From Thermodesulfovibrionales bacterium (GTDB lineage: Bacteria > Nitrospirota > Thermodesulfovibrionia > Thermodesulfovibrionales > UBA6898), in contig JBIOIY010000015.1 of NCBI GenBank assembly GCA_044450345.1, positions 1 through 45,832 on the forward strand: a stretch of 45,832 bases of DNA. Direction: 5' to 3'. The notes beneath the pieces were generated by a model. The model was not told the DNA's origin. It ran no database searches and saw only the letters and a program-made list of their open reading frames with translations. Shown piece after piece: positions 26,952 through 37,421 of this stretch. The stretch's first letter is position 1, and each line of letters starts with the position of its first letter. A program made the translations under genes and the position numbers.

Positions 26952-28058
26952 TCAATGTTCGACGCCGGAGAAAAGGTCCTTCAGCTTCTCCTTGAAACTT
27001 TTAGAGACTTCGTCGCCGTTTATCGAGGCGAATTCCTCGAGTAGTTCCTTTTGCCGTGGAGTGAGTTTCTTTGGAACGTCTATATAAATTTTTACTACCT
27101 GGTTGCCTCTTTGATGACCGCCTACACGCGGGGCCCCCTTTCCCTTCAGATAAAAGAGCCTGCCCGAAGACGTTCCGGCCGGGATCTTTATCTTCGAGGT
27201 CCCGTCGAGCGAAGGGACCTCGATCTCGGCCCCGAGCGCTGCCTGCGGAAAAGAGACCGGTACCTCGCAGAAGATCTCCGTCCCCTCTCGTTTGAAAAAG
27301 GGATGTTCCTGGACGTTAAGGACGATGTAAAGGTCGCCCTTCGGGCCGCTGTAAAGGCCCGGTTCGCCTTCACTATATATTTTCAGCCTCGATCCGCTGT
27401 CGACTCCGGCAGGGATCTTGACGCTGAAGCTCTTCATCTTTTCGACTTTACCCTTGCCCTTACAGGTCTTACAGGGATTTGCGATGATCTTGCCGGCGCC
27501 GTAGCATTTACCGCATGTCTTCGACACGTTGAAAAAGCCCTGCTGAAAACGGACCTGCCCCGCGCCTTTGCAGGAGGGACAGACTACCGGCTGCTTGCCG
27601 GGTTCAGAGCCCGAACCCTTGCACTCTTCGCACTCATCCAGGCGGGGGAATTCGATTGTCTTCTCGGTGCCGAATACCGCCTCGGAGAGTGTTATTGCCA
27701 GATCATACCTGAGGTCGCCCCCCTTAGTCGGCCTCTGTCTTCTCTGGCCTCCGAAGGCCCCGAATATATCTCCGAAGATATCTTCAAAGACATCCCCGAA
27801 GCCTGCGCCGGAGGCGAAAGGACCATAGCCGGCCCCGCCCGGGCCCTCGGCCGATCCATAGCGGTCATAATTGGCCCTCTTAGAAGGGTCGCTGAGACAG
27901 GAATATGCCTCATTGATCTCTTTGAATTTCTCCTCCGAAGCCTTGTTCCCGGAGTTCCTGTCGGGGTGGTATTTCATCGCAAGCTGCCGGAAGGCCTTCT
28001 TGAGGTCGGCCTCGGAAGCGTCTTTTGAAACGCCGAGTAACTCGTAGTAATCTTTCAT
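26952..28058 (-). CDS. dnaJ: Chaperone DnaJ
   Basis: J-domain with HPD, G/F-rich region and four CxxCxGxG repeats. Confidence 0.98.
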   Translation of the reverse strand: MKDYYELLGVSKDASEADLKKAFRQLAMKYHPDRNSGNKASEEKFKEINEAYSCLSDPSKRANYDRYGSAEGPGGAGYGPFASGAGFGDVFEDIFGDIFGAFGGQRRQRPTKGGDLRYDLAITLSEAVFGTEKTIEFPRLDECEECKGSGSEPGKQPVVCPSCKGAGQVRFQQGFFNVSKTCGKCYGAGKIIANPCKTCKGKGKVEKMKSFSVKIPAGVDSGSRLKIYSEGEPGLYSGPKGDLYIVLNVQEHPFFKREGTEIFCEVPVSFPQAALGAEIEVPSLDGTSKIKIPAGTSSGRLFYLKGKGAPRVGGHQRGNQVVKIYIDVPKKLTPRQKELLEEFASINGDEVSKSFKEKLKDLFSGVEH

Positions 28059-28106
28059 GTCAGCATCTTACTTCCTGTAGGTTGTGGTATGTTCTCTCAT
28101 GGACGT

Positions 28107-28143
28107 AAAAAGGGCCCGGAGGCCATAGGACCTTCGGACCCTC
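28107..28143 (-). terminator. Terminator-like hairpin between dnaK and dnaJ
   Basis: Minus strand GAGGGTCCGAAGGTC-CTAT-GGCCTCCGGGCCCTTTTT forms a long stem with G-U pairs and a U tract. Confidence 0.7.
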
Positions 28144-28159
28144 TATTATAAACGTTTCT

Positions 28160-30070
28160 CTATTTCTTGTCCTTGTCTACGTCTTCAAACTCAGCTTCGA
28201 CCACTTCTTCCTCTCCTTCTTTCTTTGCCTGCTGGGCCCCGCCGCCGTCCTGAGGTTGTGCACCGGCTGACTTGTAAATATGCTCGGCAAGTTTGTGAGA
28301 GACAGTAGTAAGCCGGTCGGTGGCTGCCTTGATCTCGTTGGGGTCGGTGCTCGAGTCCTTCACCTTCCTGCACTGTTCGAGCGCCTCTTCTATATCCCTC
28401 TTTTCGTCGGCGCTGATCTTGTCTCCATAATCCTTCAGAGACTTTTCGACGCTATATACGAGGGTATCTGCAGTGTTCTTTGCCTCTGCAAGCTGCTTCT
28501 TCTTCCTGTCCTCTTCAGCGTGTGAATCAGCGTCGCGGACCATCTTCTTTATCTCTTCTTCGTTGAGGCCGCTTGAGGCGGTTATCCTGATCGACTGTTC
28601 CTTGTTTGTGCCGAGGTCTTTGGCCGAGACGTGCAGGATCCCGTTGGCGTCGATATCGAACGTGACCTCGATCTGAGGGATGCCTCTGGGCGCCGGGGGA
28701 ATGCCGATAAGTTCGAAATTTCCGAGAAGCTTGTTGTCCGCGGCCATCTCCCTCTCTCCCTGAAAGATCTTTATCGTCACAGCAGGCTGATTGTCGGTTG
28801 CAGTGGAAAAGATCTGGCTCTTTTTCGTCGGGATCGTAGTGTTTCTTTCGATGATCTTTGTGAAGATACCGCCGAGGGTCTCGATGCCGAGCGAAAGAGG
28901 GGTCACGTCGAGGAGCAGGACCTCCTTTACGTCGCCTTTAAGGACCGCGGCCTGGATCCCCGCTCCGACCGCGACGACTTCATCGGGGTTTACCGTCTTG
29001 TTCGGCTCTTTCCCGAAGAAGCTCTGCACGACCTGCTGGACCTTCGGGGTCCTAGTCTGGCCTCCCACAAGGAGGACCTCGTCGATATTCGTGACGGAGA
29101 GGTTTGAATCCGAAAGGGCATTTTTACATGGACCTGTGGTGTTTTCGATCAGATCGCCCACAAGTTGTTCGAGTTTTGCCCTGGATATTTTCATGAGCAG
29201 GTGTTTCGGCCCCGACGCATCTGCCGTGACGAAAGGAAGGTTGATTTCGGTCTCGGTCGCAGTCGAAAGTTCTATCTTTGCTTTTTCCGCGGCTTCCTTC
29301 AGCCTCTGCAGTGCCATCTTGTCCTTCTTGAGGTCTATCCCCTGGTCTTTCCTGAATTCCTCCACGAGCCAATCGAGTATGCGGAGGTCGAAATCGTCGC
29401 CTCCCAGATAGGTGTCGCCGTTTGTGGATTTGACCTCGATGACGCCTTCGCCTATTTCGAGGATCGATATATCGAACGTGCCGCCGCCGAGGTCGTAGAC
29501 CGCCACCTTCTCTTCTTTCTTCTTGTCCATCCCGTAGGCGAGCGCAGCCGCCGTAGGTTCATTAATGATCCTCAAAACGTTCAGCCCCGCGATCCTTCCC
29601 GCGTCCTTCGTTGCTTGTCTCTGGCTGTCATCGAAGTATGCAGGCACGGTAATAACGGCTTCTGTGATTTTTTCTCCCAGGTAATCCTCCGCCGACTGTT
29701 TCAGCTTCTGGAGGATCATTGCCGATATCTCGGGGGGCGAATACCGTTTGCCCATTATCTCCACATGGGCATCCCCGTTTGAAGCCTCGACGATCTTGTA
29801 GGGAAGCCTCTTTTTTGCGTGCTCCACCTCGGGCGTATTATACTTTCGCCCCATCAGTCTCTTTATAGAAAAAATCGTATTTTCAGGATTCGTGATCGCC
29901 TGTCTCTTCGCTATCTGGCCGACGAGACGTTCGCCTTTGTCGGTAATAGCAACTATCGAGGGTGTTGTCCTGCTCCCCTCCTGGTTAGGTATGACTACCG
30001 GTTCTCCTCCCTGCACAACCGAAACGCAGGAATTGGTTGTTCCAAGGTCAATGCCGATTGCTTTTCCCAT
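28160..30070 (-). CDS. dnaK: Chaperone DnaK (Hsp70)
   Basis: [43 protein letters not shown] and [15 protein letters not shown]. Confidence 0.99.
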   Translation of the reverse strand: MGKAIGIDLGTTNSCVSVVQGGEPVVIPNQEGSRTTPSIVAITDKGERLVGQIAKRQAITNPENTIFSIKRLMGRKYNTPEVEHAKKRLPYKIVEASNGDAHVEIMGKRYSPPEISAMILQKLKQSAEDYLGEKITEAVITVPAYFDDSQRQATKDAGRIAGLNVLRIINEPTAAALAYGMDKKKEEKVAVYDLGGGTFDISILEIGEGVIEVKSTNGDTYLGGDDFDLRILDWLVEEFRKDQGIDLKKDKMALQRLKEAAEKAKIELSTATETEINLPFVTADASGPKHLLMKISRAKLEQLVGDLIENTTGPCKNALSDSNLSVTNIDEVLLVGGQTRTPKVQQVVQSFFGKEPNKTVNPDEVVAVGAGIQAAVLKGDVKEVLLLDVTPLSLGIETLGGIFTKIIERNTTIPTKKSQIFSTATDNQPAVTIKIFQGEREMAADNKLLGNFELIGIPPAPRGIPQIEVTFDIDANGILHVSAKDLGTNKEQSIRITASSGLNEEEIKKMVRDADSHAEEDRKKKQLAEAKNTADTLVYSVEKSLKDYGDKISADEKRDIEEALEQCRKVKDSSTDPNEIKAATDRLTTVSHKLAEHIYKSAGAQPQDGGGAQQAKKEGEEEVVEAEFEDVDKDKK

Positions 30071-30071
30071 C

Positions 30072-30692
30072 TTATTCTTCCTCCTCTATATTTTCGTTTT
30101 TTATCTGCCGGTCCGAATGCTGTGCTGCTTTGCCTTCACCTGTTTTCTTCGGATTGACCGACACGGCGACAAGGGAAGGCCGCAAGACCTTGTCGTGAAG
30201 GAGATAGCCCGCCCTCAGTTCCTCGGCCACCATCTTGTCTTCCATGTCTTCCCGCTCCACCTGCACCATAGCGTGGTGCACGGAGGGGTCGAACTTTTTC
30301 CCCAAAGACTCTATCCTCACCAGCCCGAATTTTTCGAGCGTTCTTTGGAGCTCCTTCAGCGTTATCTCGACACCCTTGACCACGCCGGTCTTGGGGTTGC
30401 ACAAAGCGTGCTTGAGCGCCAGCTCCAGATTATCGATGGCCGGCAACAACTCATAAAGAAGGGACTCGTTGCCGTACCGTGTGAGATCTTCTTTTTCCTT
30501 GTTTACCCTCTTCCTATAATTATCAAATTCCGCGTACAATCTCAAGTATTTATCGTTGAGTGCCTTAAGGGCCGAAGCGTCTTCCGCCTTCGGCTTTTCA
30601 GCAGATGTTTCTTCTGTTCGGCCGTCAACGAAGATAAGCTCTTCATCCTTTTTTTCTGCGGAATAGTCGTCTGTGGTGTCGCGTTCGTCCAC
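30072..30692 (-). CDS. grpE: Nucleotide exchange factor GrpE
   Basis: [34 protein letters not shown] and [14 protein letters not shown]. Lies between hrcA and dnaK. Confidence 0.96.
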   Translation of the reverse strand: MDERDTTDDYSAEKKDEELIFVDGRTEETSAEKPKAEDASALKALNDKYLRLYAEFDNYRKRVNKEKEDLTRYGNESLLYELLPAIDNLELALKHALCNPKTGVVKGVEITLKELQRTLEKFGLVRIESLGKKFDPSVHHAMVQVEREDMEDKMVAEELRAGYLLHDKVLRPSLVAVSVNPKKTGEGKAAQHSDRQIKNENIEEEE

Positions 30693-30708
30693 TTGGTAAT
30701 CCCCCTAT

Positions 30709-31731
30709 CTATAAGGACAGCATTTCGGTGATATATTTAGCTGTCAAATCGACGATCGACATCGCCTGTGAGTAGTTCATCCTGGTAGGGCCGATTATCC
30801 CAACCGCGCCGATCGGTCTTTTGCCCTCCTTGTAGGTCGCCGCCACGAGGCTGAATTTTTTCATCTCGTCAAGAGGGTTTTCCGAACCTATGAAAACCTG
30901 CGGTCCTTCAGCGTCGGCGATTTTGTCGAGGAGCCTGACGATAATGTGCTTGTCTTCGATGGTCTTCAGAAGTTCCTTTATCCTGTCGACGTCGCAGAAA
31001 TCGGGAAGGGCGAGGACCTCGGAGAGGCCGGAGATGTAAATAGTGCCCGGCGAGGAAGAAAAAACAGCGTTGCATATCTTCATGGCCTCGGAAATCAGGT
31101 CGTCGCAGAGCACCCTCTCCCTCGCCAGTTCCTTCACCACAACCTTCCTGATATCTTCGATCGTGTGCCCAGAAAATTGAGAATTGATATAGGAAGTGAT
31201 CCGGTTCAAGTCCCTCTGAGAGAGGTCTGAGTCCATCGGGGTTACCGTATTCTTGATCAGTCCCTCGTCGGTGAATAACACTACCGCCACCCGGTTGTCC
31301 CGGTACTTGATCAATTCCAGTCTATTGAGCGTCGTGGTGCTCGAGTTGGGGGACATGGTGATTCCGATGTAGTGGGACAGCGAGGAGAGCATTTTTGCCG
31401 CTTCGTCGAGGAACGCGTTAATGTCTTTTTTGAGCAGTTCGAGTTTCCTGCTCAGTTCGAGGGCGAAGTCCCTGTTTACATGTCTTTCTTCCGTGTTTAT
31501 CGAGTCGACGTAGTATCTGTATCCTATGTCGGTCGGGACCCTTCCGGCCGACGTATGGGGCTGACGGAGGTATCCCATTTCTTCAAGGTCCGACATGATG
31601 TTACGAATCGTGGCAGGGGAAAGGCCGAAAGAGTATTTTTTCGTTACCACCCTTGACCCGACAGGCCCGGGGGTGTTGATATAACACTGAATTACCGCGA
31701 ATAAAACGCGTTTATTTCGTTCATCTAGCAT
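30709..31731 (-). CDS. hrcA: Heat-inducible transcription repressor
   Basis: PVGS, SPATIRNIMSDLEEMGYLRQPHTSAGRVPTD.GYR.YVD and IIGPTRMNY. Confidence 0.97.
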   Translation of the reverse strand: MLDERNKRVLFAVIQCYINTPGPVGSRVVTKKYSFGLSPATIRNIMSDLEEMGYLRQPHTSAGRVPTDIGYRYYVDSINTEERHVNRDFALELSRKLELLKKDINAFLDEAAKMLSSLSHYIGITMSPNSSTTTLNRLELIKYRDNRVAVVLFTDEGLIKNTVTPMDSDLSQRDLNRITSYINSQFSGHTIEDIRKVVVKELARERVLCDDLISEAMKICNAVFSSSPGTIYISGLSEVLALPDFCDVDRIKELLKTIEDKHIIVRLLDKIADAEGPQVFIGSENPLDEMKKFSLVAATYKEGKRPIGAVGIIGPTRMNYSQAMSIVDLTAKYITEMLSL

Positions 31732-31734
31732 GCC

Positions 31735-31761
31735 TTAGCACTCTCCATCATCGAGTGCTAA
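31735..31761. promoter_or_regulatory. CIRCE operator (HrcA binding site)
   Basis: Exact TTAGCACTC-N9-GAGTGCTAA, ending 3 bp from the hrcA start codon. Confidence 0.98.
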
Positions 31762-31762
31762 T

Positions 31763-31792
31763 AATTTAACAGTTATGGGTTATGGGTGTCAA
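31763..31792 (-). promoter_or_regulatory. Sigma-70-type promoter of the hrcA operon
   Basis: TTGACA (31787-31792), 18-bp spacer, then extended TGnTAAATT (-10 at 31763-31768), abutting CIRCE. Confidence 0.75.
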
Positions 31793-32133
31793 GTGTGACT
31801 ATCCCAGATTATATAGGCTTACTTAGCGAAATATAGAATCTGAAAATGTTTGTTTCCTTTCCCCAGGCTTTCAACAGAAACACGAAAGAGAGGAATTTTA
31901 ATATTCCTCATGCGGCAAGAAGCACAAAAAAACGGGCCAAATTATTCCAGCCGTTGTATAGCCGACACCGAAAGGACTGCCGATTTTTCTCTTTTATGAA
32001 GATTTGACCCCTCTGACCGCTACTTCCCGGGGCTGAGGACCCTGATTACAGACTGTTCTCTTGCCCCCTGAGCCATGATAAGATGATTGTAAAGAGTGAA
32101 ATAACTTTTTGTATTTGTGTAATTTATTGTTCC

Positions 32134-33030
32134 ATGATGAACAAACAACAAAATACAAATTGGAGACCGGGTCGGTTCTTCAGCTTCCTGCTGAGGGTAT
32201 TGCGTGGTTTCAAGCGCAATCAGGGGCTGCTGTTATCCGGCGCGGTAGCGTATTATACCCTGTTGTCAATTGTTCCCATGTCGATCCTCGCCCTCATTGT
32301 GCTGTCGCATTTTATAGGAGAGGAACAGTTGTTTCACACCCTAACAACGTATATAGAAATGCTGATACCTGGTTATGCAACAACATTGACTGAACAGGTA
32401 CGGGTATTTCTTGAGCATCGCAAGGTGATTGGCATTGTCGGCTTCCTTGTCATGTTGTTTTTCAGCTCCATAGCCTTTTCGATGCTTGAAAACGCGATGT
32501 CGGTGATTTTTTTTCAAAGTGTCAGGATTCAGCGCCGCAACTTTCTCATTTCCGCAATTATTCCTTATGTGTATATCTTGTTAATGGGTTTGGGCATAGT
32601 GCTGGTGTCGTTTATTGCGGGAGCATTGGAGATACTCGAAAAAAAGCAATTGCTGCTGTTTGGATTGAATTTGAGTCTTGAAGGCACTTCCAGGGTCGCC
32701 CTGCATATGCTAGGGATACTTGGTGAGATGGGTATGCTCACTTCCATATATTTGGTGATGCCCGGCGTACGTATCGCCTTTCGTCACGCACTCATCGGAG
32801 GAATGACCGCAACGATTTTATGGGAGATGACCCGCCGTATGCTGGTCTGGTATTACGCGGTCGTATCTTTGGTAAATTTAATTTACGGTTCTATCGCCAC
32901 GGTAGTGGTTGCCCTTCTCAGTGTAGAAGCTGTAGCATTAATCCTTTTGTTGGGTGCTCAGGTGATTGCGGAACTCGGGCGCAAGACCGACGAATCGACT
33001 GAGGAGAAACTATCAGGTTTTGAGACATGA
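32134..33030 (+). CDS. YihY/virulence factor BrkB family membrane protein
   Basis: GAVAYYTLLSIVP, LENAMSVIF, ALIGG..A..LWE, IYGSIATVVV and ILLLGAQV. Confidence 0.9.
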   Translation: MMNKQQNTNWRPGRFFSFLLRVLRGFKRNQGLLLSGAVAYYTLLSIVPMSILALIVLSHFIGEEQLFHTLTTYIEMLIPGYATTLTEQVRVFLEHRKVIGIVGFLVMLFFSSIAFSMLENAMSVIFFQSVRIQRRNFLISAIIPYVYILLMGLGIVLVSFIAGALEILEKKQLLLFGLNLSLEGTSRVALHMLGILGEMGMLTSIYLVMPGVRIAFRHALIGGMTATILWEMTRRMLVWYYAVVSLVNLIYGSIATVVVALLSVEAVALILLLGAQVIAELGRKTDESTEEKLSGFET

Positions 33031-33079
33031 AGAAGAAGTCCGTGCCTCTACGAAAAAAAATGTTCCGGGCGGCTTTCTC

Positions 33080-34462
33080 CTAACCGGTTCCGCCGTCAAG
33101 GTCAGCAAGATAGGCGGAAGACGCCTTCAGGGATTTACGAACGGCTGTCTTCCCAAAGAGTCCGATCGCTGCGTAGTGGAAGTCCAATCTTGCCAGATGC
33201 CTGAAAATATATCTCCATGAATAAAAACGACCCATTGCCCTGAAGGTCTCCATCTGCAGGGTGGCCGTTGACATGAGCATGGGTCTGAAGACTACATGCT
33301 GGACATCGTATTTACTCCAGTCCCTATGGAGAAGTCTTCCGCTCTCCATCATATCGTGAAAGAACGGTGTTCCCGGTAGCGGTGTAAGAATCAGGAACTG
33401 TACCGTATCTATCTCAAGGTCTGTTGCAAAATCAGCAGTGCCGCGGATGGTATCGACCTCGTCTGTGTCCGCCCCCAGGACGAACATTCCGTGGATATGG
33501 ATACCGTGTTCTCTAACCGTCCTGATGCAGGAAATGATATCTTCCCGGTTCTGTTTCTTATTATACGCTTCAAGTGTCGCGGGATTTATGGATTCAAAAC
33601 CGATGTACAAAGTATGACAGCCCGAGTCAGCCATCAGGCGGAGAAGTTCCTGGTCTCTTGCAACCTCTGTCCTCACCTGGGCAGACCATCGCGTCTTAAT
33701 TCCCTCTGCAATCATTCCCCTGAGAATTTCCTTGGTCCTTCCTTTATTAGCCGCAAAGTTATCGTCAACAATGAACTTGGTCGCCTTGGATGCTGATGCT
33801 ACATATTTCAATTCCTTCAGCGTCGCCTCAACGGATTTAAAACGGTAGTTCCTTCCGAACATCTGGATGACGGAACAGAACTTGCAGTCAAAGGGACAGC
33901 CCCTCGATGTCGAAACAGGATAGGTATTTGACGGGGTCCAGTTATGAACAAGGGAGAAGTTAGGCTCGGGGAGGCTGTCAAGGTCTTCGATAAATCCTCT
34001 GGATGGGTTGTGAACATTCCTCCCGTCCCTGTCCCTGTACGAAAGCCCTTTGATACCCGTTAATGCCGGTGTCCCTTTCTCCAGGTGCTCAAGCAGTTCT
34101 ACAAGGGAATACTCTCCTTCCCCCCGTATGACAAAGTCGGCATATTCCAGGGACTCATCGGGCAGAAACGTGGGATGTGCTCCACCCATAATCACCGGTA
34201 TCCCCAGGGCTTTTAGCCGTTCCCCTATTTTGTATGCCTTTGTCGCTGTAGACGTTATGGTCGAGATGCAGACGAGGTCGGAGTTCTCAATGAATGACCA
34301 ATCGGGTTCGGCAACATCTTCAATAAATGCCTTTACTTCGTATCCCCTTTCCCTGAGGATAGTGGAAAGCAGCACGGCGCCAAGCCGCGGTATGGGAAAT
34401 TTGCTGAAGATATGCAGGCCGGGTGAGCCCGCTTCGATAAACGAGACTCTTTTGATAACCAT
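33080..34462 (-). CDS. B12-binding domain radical SAM protein
   Basis: Cobalamin-binding-type N-terminus (PRLG, VIMGGAHPT, VIRGEGE), TSRGCPFDCKFC, VDDNF, IGFES and LTPLPGTP. Confidence 0.92.
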   Translation of the reverse strand: MVIKRVSFIEAGSPGLHIFSKFPIPRLGAVLLSTILRERGYEVKAFIEDVAEPDWSFIENSDLVCISTITSTATKAYKIGERLKALGIPVIMGGAHPTFLPDESLEYADFVIRGEGEYSLVELLEHLEKGTPALTGIKGLSYRDRDGRNVHNPSRGFIEDLDSLPEPNFSLVHNWTPSNTYPVSTSRGCPFDCKFCSVIQMFGRNYRFKSVEATLKELKYVASASKATKFIVDDNFAANKGRTKEILRGMIAEGIKTRWSAQVRTEVARDQELLRLMADSGCHTLYIGFESINPATLEAYNKKQNREDIISCIRTVREHGIHIHGMFVLGADTDEVDTIRGTADFATDLEIDTVQFLILTPLPGTPFFHDMMESGRLLHRDWSKYDVQHVVFRPMLMSTATLQMETFRAMGRFYSWRYIFRHLARLDFHYAAIGLFGKTAVRKSLKASSAYLADLDGGTG

Positions 34463-34521
34463 ATTTCCATAAAATTATATTTCGGAAAAACCTTCAATGC
34501 AACCTCGTTTTATAAGGACGG

Positions 34522-35031
34522 CTACTTCGGCACTATCTTTTCTCGGCGCTTCTCTCCCGTCTGCAGGTCTTTGCCGTACAGGTCGATATACTTGACTTTG
34601 GGCCCTGTCAGCCCTTCAGAAGCGTTGATGTACATTTTTTCCAAGACGGCTGGCCGGCCGCTGATTATGGCCTCAGCGCGGACGGGTCCCTTCTTCTCCT
34701 TCTTTACGGTGATCTGATGCTCGGGGGCGGCTATCAGGGTCATTTTATAGCCGTTTACCGACAGGTCCGGCCTGATGGTAAAACCGTAGGCCTTTTTCTT
34801 CTCTATCCAACTGAGTTTCTTCCGGCGACCGTCCTCGGCGAGCAGGGCCCAGTAGACGATCACCGGCTCCTTGGTATCCAGTTTGCCGTCGGCGGTGAGC
34901 CGGGCGTCGTAATGTACGACGTTGGCGTTTTTGCTCCGTTCGATAATGAACAGAGGCGAAGTTTTCATCTGGGCCGCGGCAGGCGCGGCCAGTAACGCCA
35001 GAACGAAGGACCACCATATTGCCTTTTTCAT
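34522..35031 (-). CDS. Secreted DUF4833-like protein
   Basis: Signal peptide MKKAIWWSFVLALLAAPAAAQ with GGAGG RBS. LFIIERSKNANVVHYD, LSWIEKKKAYG and PKVKYIDLYGKD motifs recognised from memory of the family. Confidence 0.78.
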   Translation of the reverse strand: MKKAIWWSFVLALLAAPAAAQMKTSPLFIIERSKNANVVHYDARLTADGKLDTKEPVIVYWALLAEDGRRKKLSWIEKKKAYGFTIRPDLSVNGYKMTLIAAPEHQITVKKEKKGPVRAEAIISGRPAVLEKMYINASEGLTGPKVKYIDLYGKDLQTGEKRREKIVPK

Positions 35032-35108
35032 GGGACCTCCATTCTGGATATGGCTTTCACTGCCACCCATACCGGGGACTGCTGTCTGAAGACATTCCTG
35101 CGACCATG

Positions 35109-35189
35109 TTATACGTGACTGGCGTGAAGACGGGGGAGCGCCAATAGCGGAAGAAATACTGCCGATATGGCCATTATAATTTTTTTCAT
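35109..35189 (-). pseudogene. 26-codon signal-peptide-only ORF, probably a remnant of a secreted-protein gene
   Basis: GGAGGT RBS, then MKKIIMAISAVFLPLLALPRLHASHV*. A C5 run follows the hydrophobic core. Confidence 0.45.
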
Positions 35190-35561
35190 CGCACACCTCC
35201 ATTTGTTAATACATCTTCTCAGTATTGCGACTCGAATTCAAGCTCAATGAGAATTCTGTACCTTGGCCCCGCCGCAGGCAAGTAACCCTTCATCCTTTTC
35301 GCCTCGGCGAATCCGCCAGAGTGCGGACAGACTAAACACCCGAGTAGGTAACATCTTGCTCTATATGGAACTTTTAAGTGGAGATTTCGGACAGGTTTTG
35401 ACAGCAGACAGCAGCAAAGGAGTGTACCGACACCATCGGCAATAATTGAAAGACAGTTTCCAACAGATGGTGAACCTTGATATATCCCATGTTTTTTTTG
35501 TATCAAAAAATGTAAAACATCTTCTATATTATAGGCATCATAACGCATAAGGGATAGAGAC

Positions 35562-36179
35562 GTGAAAATACTTGTTGTGGATGATGAACAGCTTGTCCGA
35601 TGGTTCCTCGGTAGGGCACTCAGAAGAAATGGGCATGAAGTCGTAACTGCCGAGAACGTCCAGGATGCGTCGCTAAAGCTCGCTTCAGAGGCAATAGATG
35701 CTCTTGTTATCGACCTCAGAATGCCGGGAGAAAACGGGGCGAAACTTGTCGGAAAGGTAGATATAAGGGGAAAGATACCCAAAGTGATAGTCTGTTCGGC
35801 ATTTGTCACTGCCGAACTCGAAGAGGAACTCAGACAGAAAGGTGTATGCATACTAAGAAAGCCCATTATGCTGGATACGCTGAATGATGCCATCCAGATT
35901 TGTCTGGAGAAAGATCAAAGAGGAGAGATTAGGGAACAAATCATTGCAGATCTGATATGGTCTTATTCTCCTTCCACAGATAAAAACAAAGGCTTGCTTA
36001 TAGAGGAAAGCAAATCGGGCATGAGCATAATGACTTATATCCCGGTAAAAGTGGGCAGCATATTGAGAATTGAATGTAAAGGTTCATGGTTGGTTTCACG
36101 CTATGCTACCGTTCAATGGTGTCGGGAGGTTGCTCCGAATAACTATAGATGCGGCTTGTTTGTGAATAAGTATTACTGA
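35562..36179 (+). CDS. Response regulator with a REC domain and a C-terminal PilZ-like domain
   Basis: ILVVDDE, IDLRMPG, CSA and RKP. C-terminus has QRGEIR (RxxxR), EESKSG, and ATVQWC...YRCGL. Confidence 0.8.
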   Translation: MKILVVDDEQLVRWFLGRALRRNGHEVVTAENVQDASLKLASEAIDALVIDLRMPGENGAKLVGKVDIRGKIPKVIVCSAFVTAELEEELRQKGVCILRKPIMLDTLNDAIQICLEKDQRGEIREQIIADLIWSYSPSTDKNKGLLIEESKSGMSIMTYIPVKVGSILRIECKGSWLVSRYATVQWCREVAPNNYRCGLFVNKYY

Positions 36180-36425
36180 AGTAACGGACTTTTCACTTTT
36201 TTGAAAAGTGCAGTTTTTAAGGGGAACTCAATAGATATCAATAATAGAAACTGTTGCGGTGTTCAGGAAGACATCCAAATATTTGCCTGACCTCCCACAT
36301 CTGCCTATTTTTTTTTAGCACGATAAGAGGCGAAACGTATCTGGCGGGTCATTTATTATGAACGACTCTCAGTCCTCCGCTCTGTATTGTCATGAACACA
36401 GCCGACCGTTACGGTATAATAATGG

Positions 36426-37421
36426 ATGCGCAAGGTCGTATTGATCGCATCGGTGCTTCTTCTATTGTTTCCTGCAGCGTTTTGCGCGGCATCCGACAAA
36501 ACCTATTCAAATCCTGTCCTAGTCGACACCTATCACATCAGCCGGCCAGAACCAGCACGATACATCGGCACGCTTGGGATAGGCGATCCCGACGTCGTTT
36601 TGTACAAAGATATGTATTATCTTTACCCAACAGGGGACAACCACAGCTACCATGTCTATATATCCGATGACCTAGTCCACTGGTCTAGGGGGCCGAAAGT
36701 GTTTCAGAGCAACGAAAATGGTGTATGGGCGCCTAATGTCTTCTTCAACCGCGATGACGGTATGTTATATCTCTACTACACGGCAAACGGCAAGATTGGC
36801 GTTGCTGAAGCAAACCGTCCCGTCGGGGAGTTTAAAGACCTGGGGAATCTGATCAGCAGCGCGATAGATGCGCACATGTTCCGCGACGACGACGGCTCAT
36901 ATTTCCTCTATTACGCCAGGTACCCGAACTTCGGGATATTTGTCCAGCCTATGGCTACCCCTGTTCGGAAGAAGGGTGAACCCATTCGAGTCATCTCTCC
37001 TTCCGAGGCATGGGAAATAACAAATGTGCCGGTTACCGAGGCACCATGGCTACTCAAACACCGGGGCGTCTATTACCTCCTTTACTCTGGGGGCAGTGCG
37101 AATACGGAGCATTACGCCATCGGGTACGCAACGGCACAAAACCCCTTAGGTCCTTTTACCAAGTATCCCGGAAATCCTATCATCCGAGAGGGAGGTGGCG
37201 TCCTCGGGCCAGGGCATGGGAGTGTCACGAGGGATCGGGAGGGGAAACTCTGGCTGGTTTATCACCAGCAGAGGGATAAGACACCGGGCTGGAACAGGGT
37301 TATCTGTATCGACCCCCTCTGGTTCGACGAGAAAGGTGTCCTCCATGGAAAAGCCACACGGGCGAGGCGACGGCCCGCGCCTGTGACAGCAGAGAAAACC
37401 GGGGGAGCGGCACGGAAATAA
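36426..37421 (+). CDS. Glycoside hydrolase family 43 protein, secreted
   Basis: Signal peptide, GDPDV (base), WAP, IDAHMF, TEAPW (acid), YYLLYSG, GPFTK and GPGHGSV. Confidence 0.9.
   Translation: MRKVVLIASVLLLLFPAAFCAASDKTYSNPVLVDTYHISRPEPARYIGTLGIGDPDVVLYKDMYYLYPTGDNHSYHVYISDDLVHWSRGPKVFQSNENGVWAPNVFFNRDDGMLYLYYTANGKIGVAEANRPVGEFKDLGNLISSAIDAHMFRDDDGSYFLYYARYPNFGIFVQPMATPVRKKGEPIRVISPSEAWEITNVPVTEAPWLLKHRGVYYLLYSGGSANTEHYAIGYATAQNPLGPFTKYPGNPIIREGGGVLGPGHGSVTRDREGKLWLVYHQQRDKTPGWNRVICIDPLWFDEKGVLHGKATRARRRPAPVTAEKTGGAARK

Noticed and set aside
27051..28028. Long antisense ORFs (this 325-aa one, also 18259-19200, 29892-30731, 39008-39766, 43650-44402)
   Set aside because: They are shadows of well-supported genes on the other strand, expected from GC-rich codon usage, and carry no recognisable motifs.
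35114..35172. ZMP/ZTP riboswitch-like string CGTGACTGGCG...GGGGAGC...GCCGA
   Set aside because: The 3' CGCCTGGGC pseudoknot strand is absent, no one-carbon gene follows on that strand, and the sequence is better explained as the antisense of the signal-peptide remnant.
35265..35330. Cluster of small GC hairpins (TTCGCCTCGGCGAA, TCCGCCAGAGTGCGGA)
   Set aside because: The stems are short and have no second copy in the window, so they cannot be supported as a repeat family or ncRNA.
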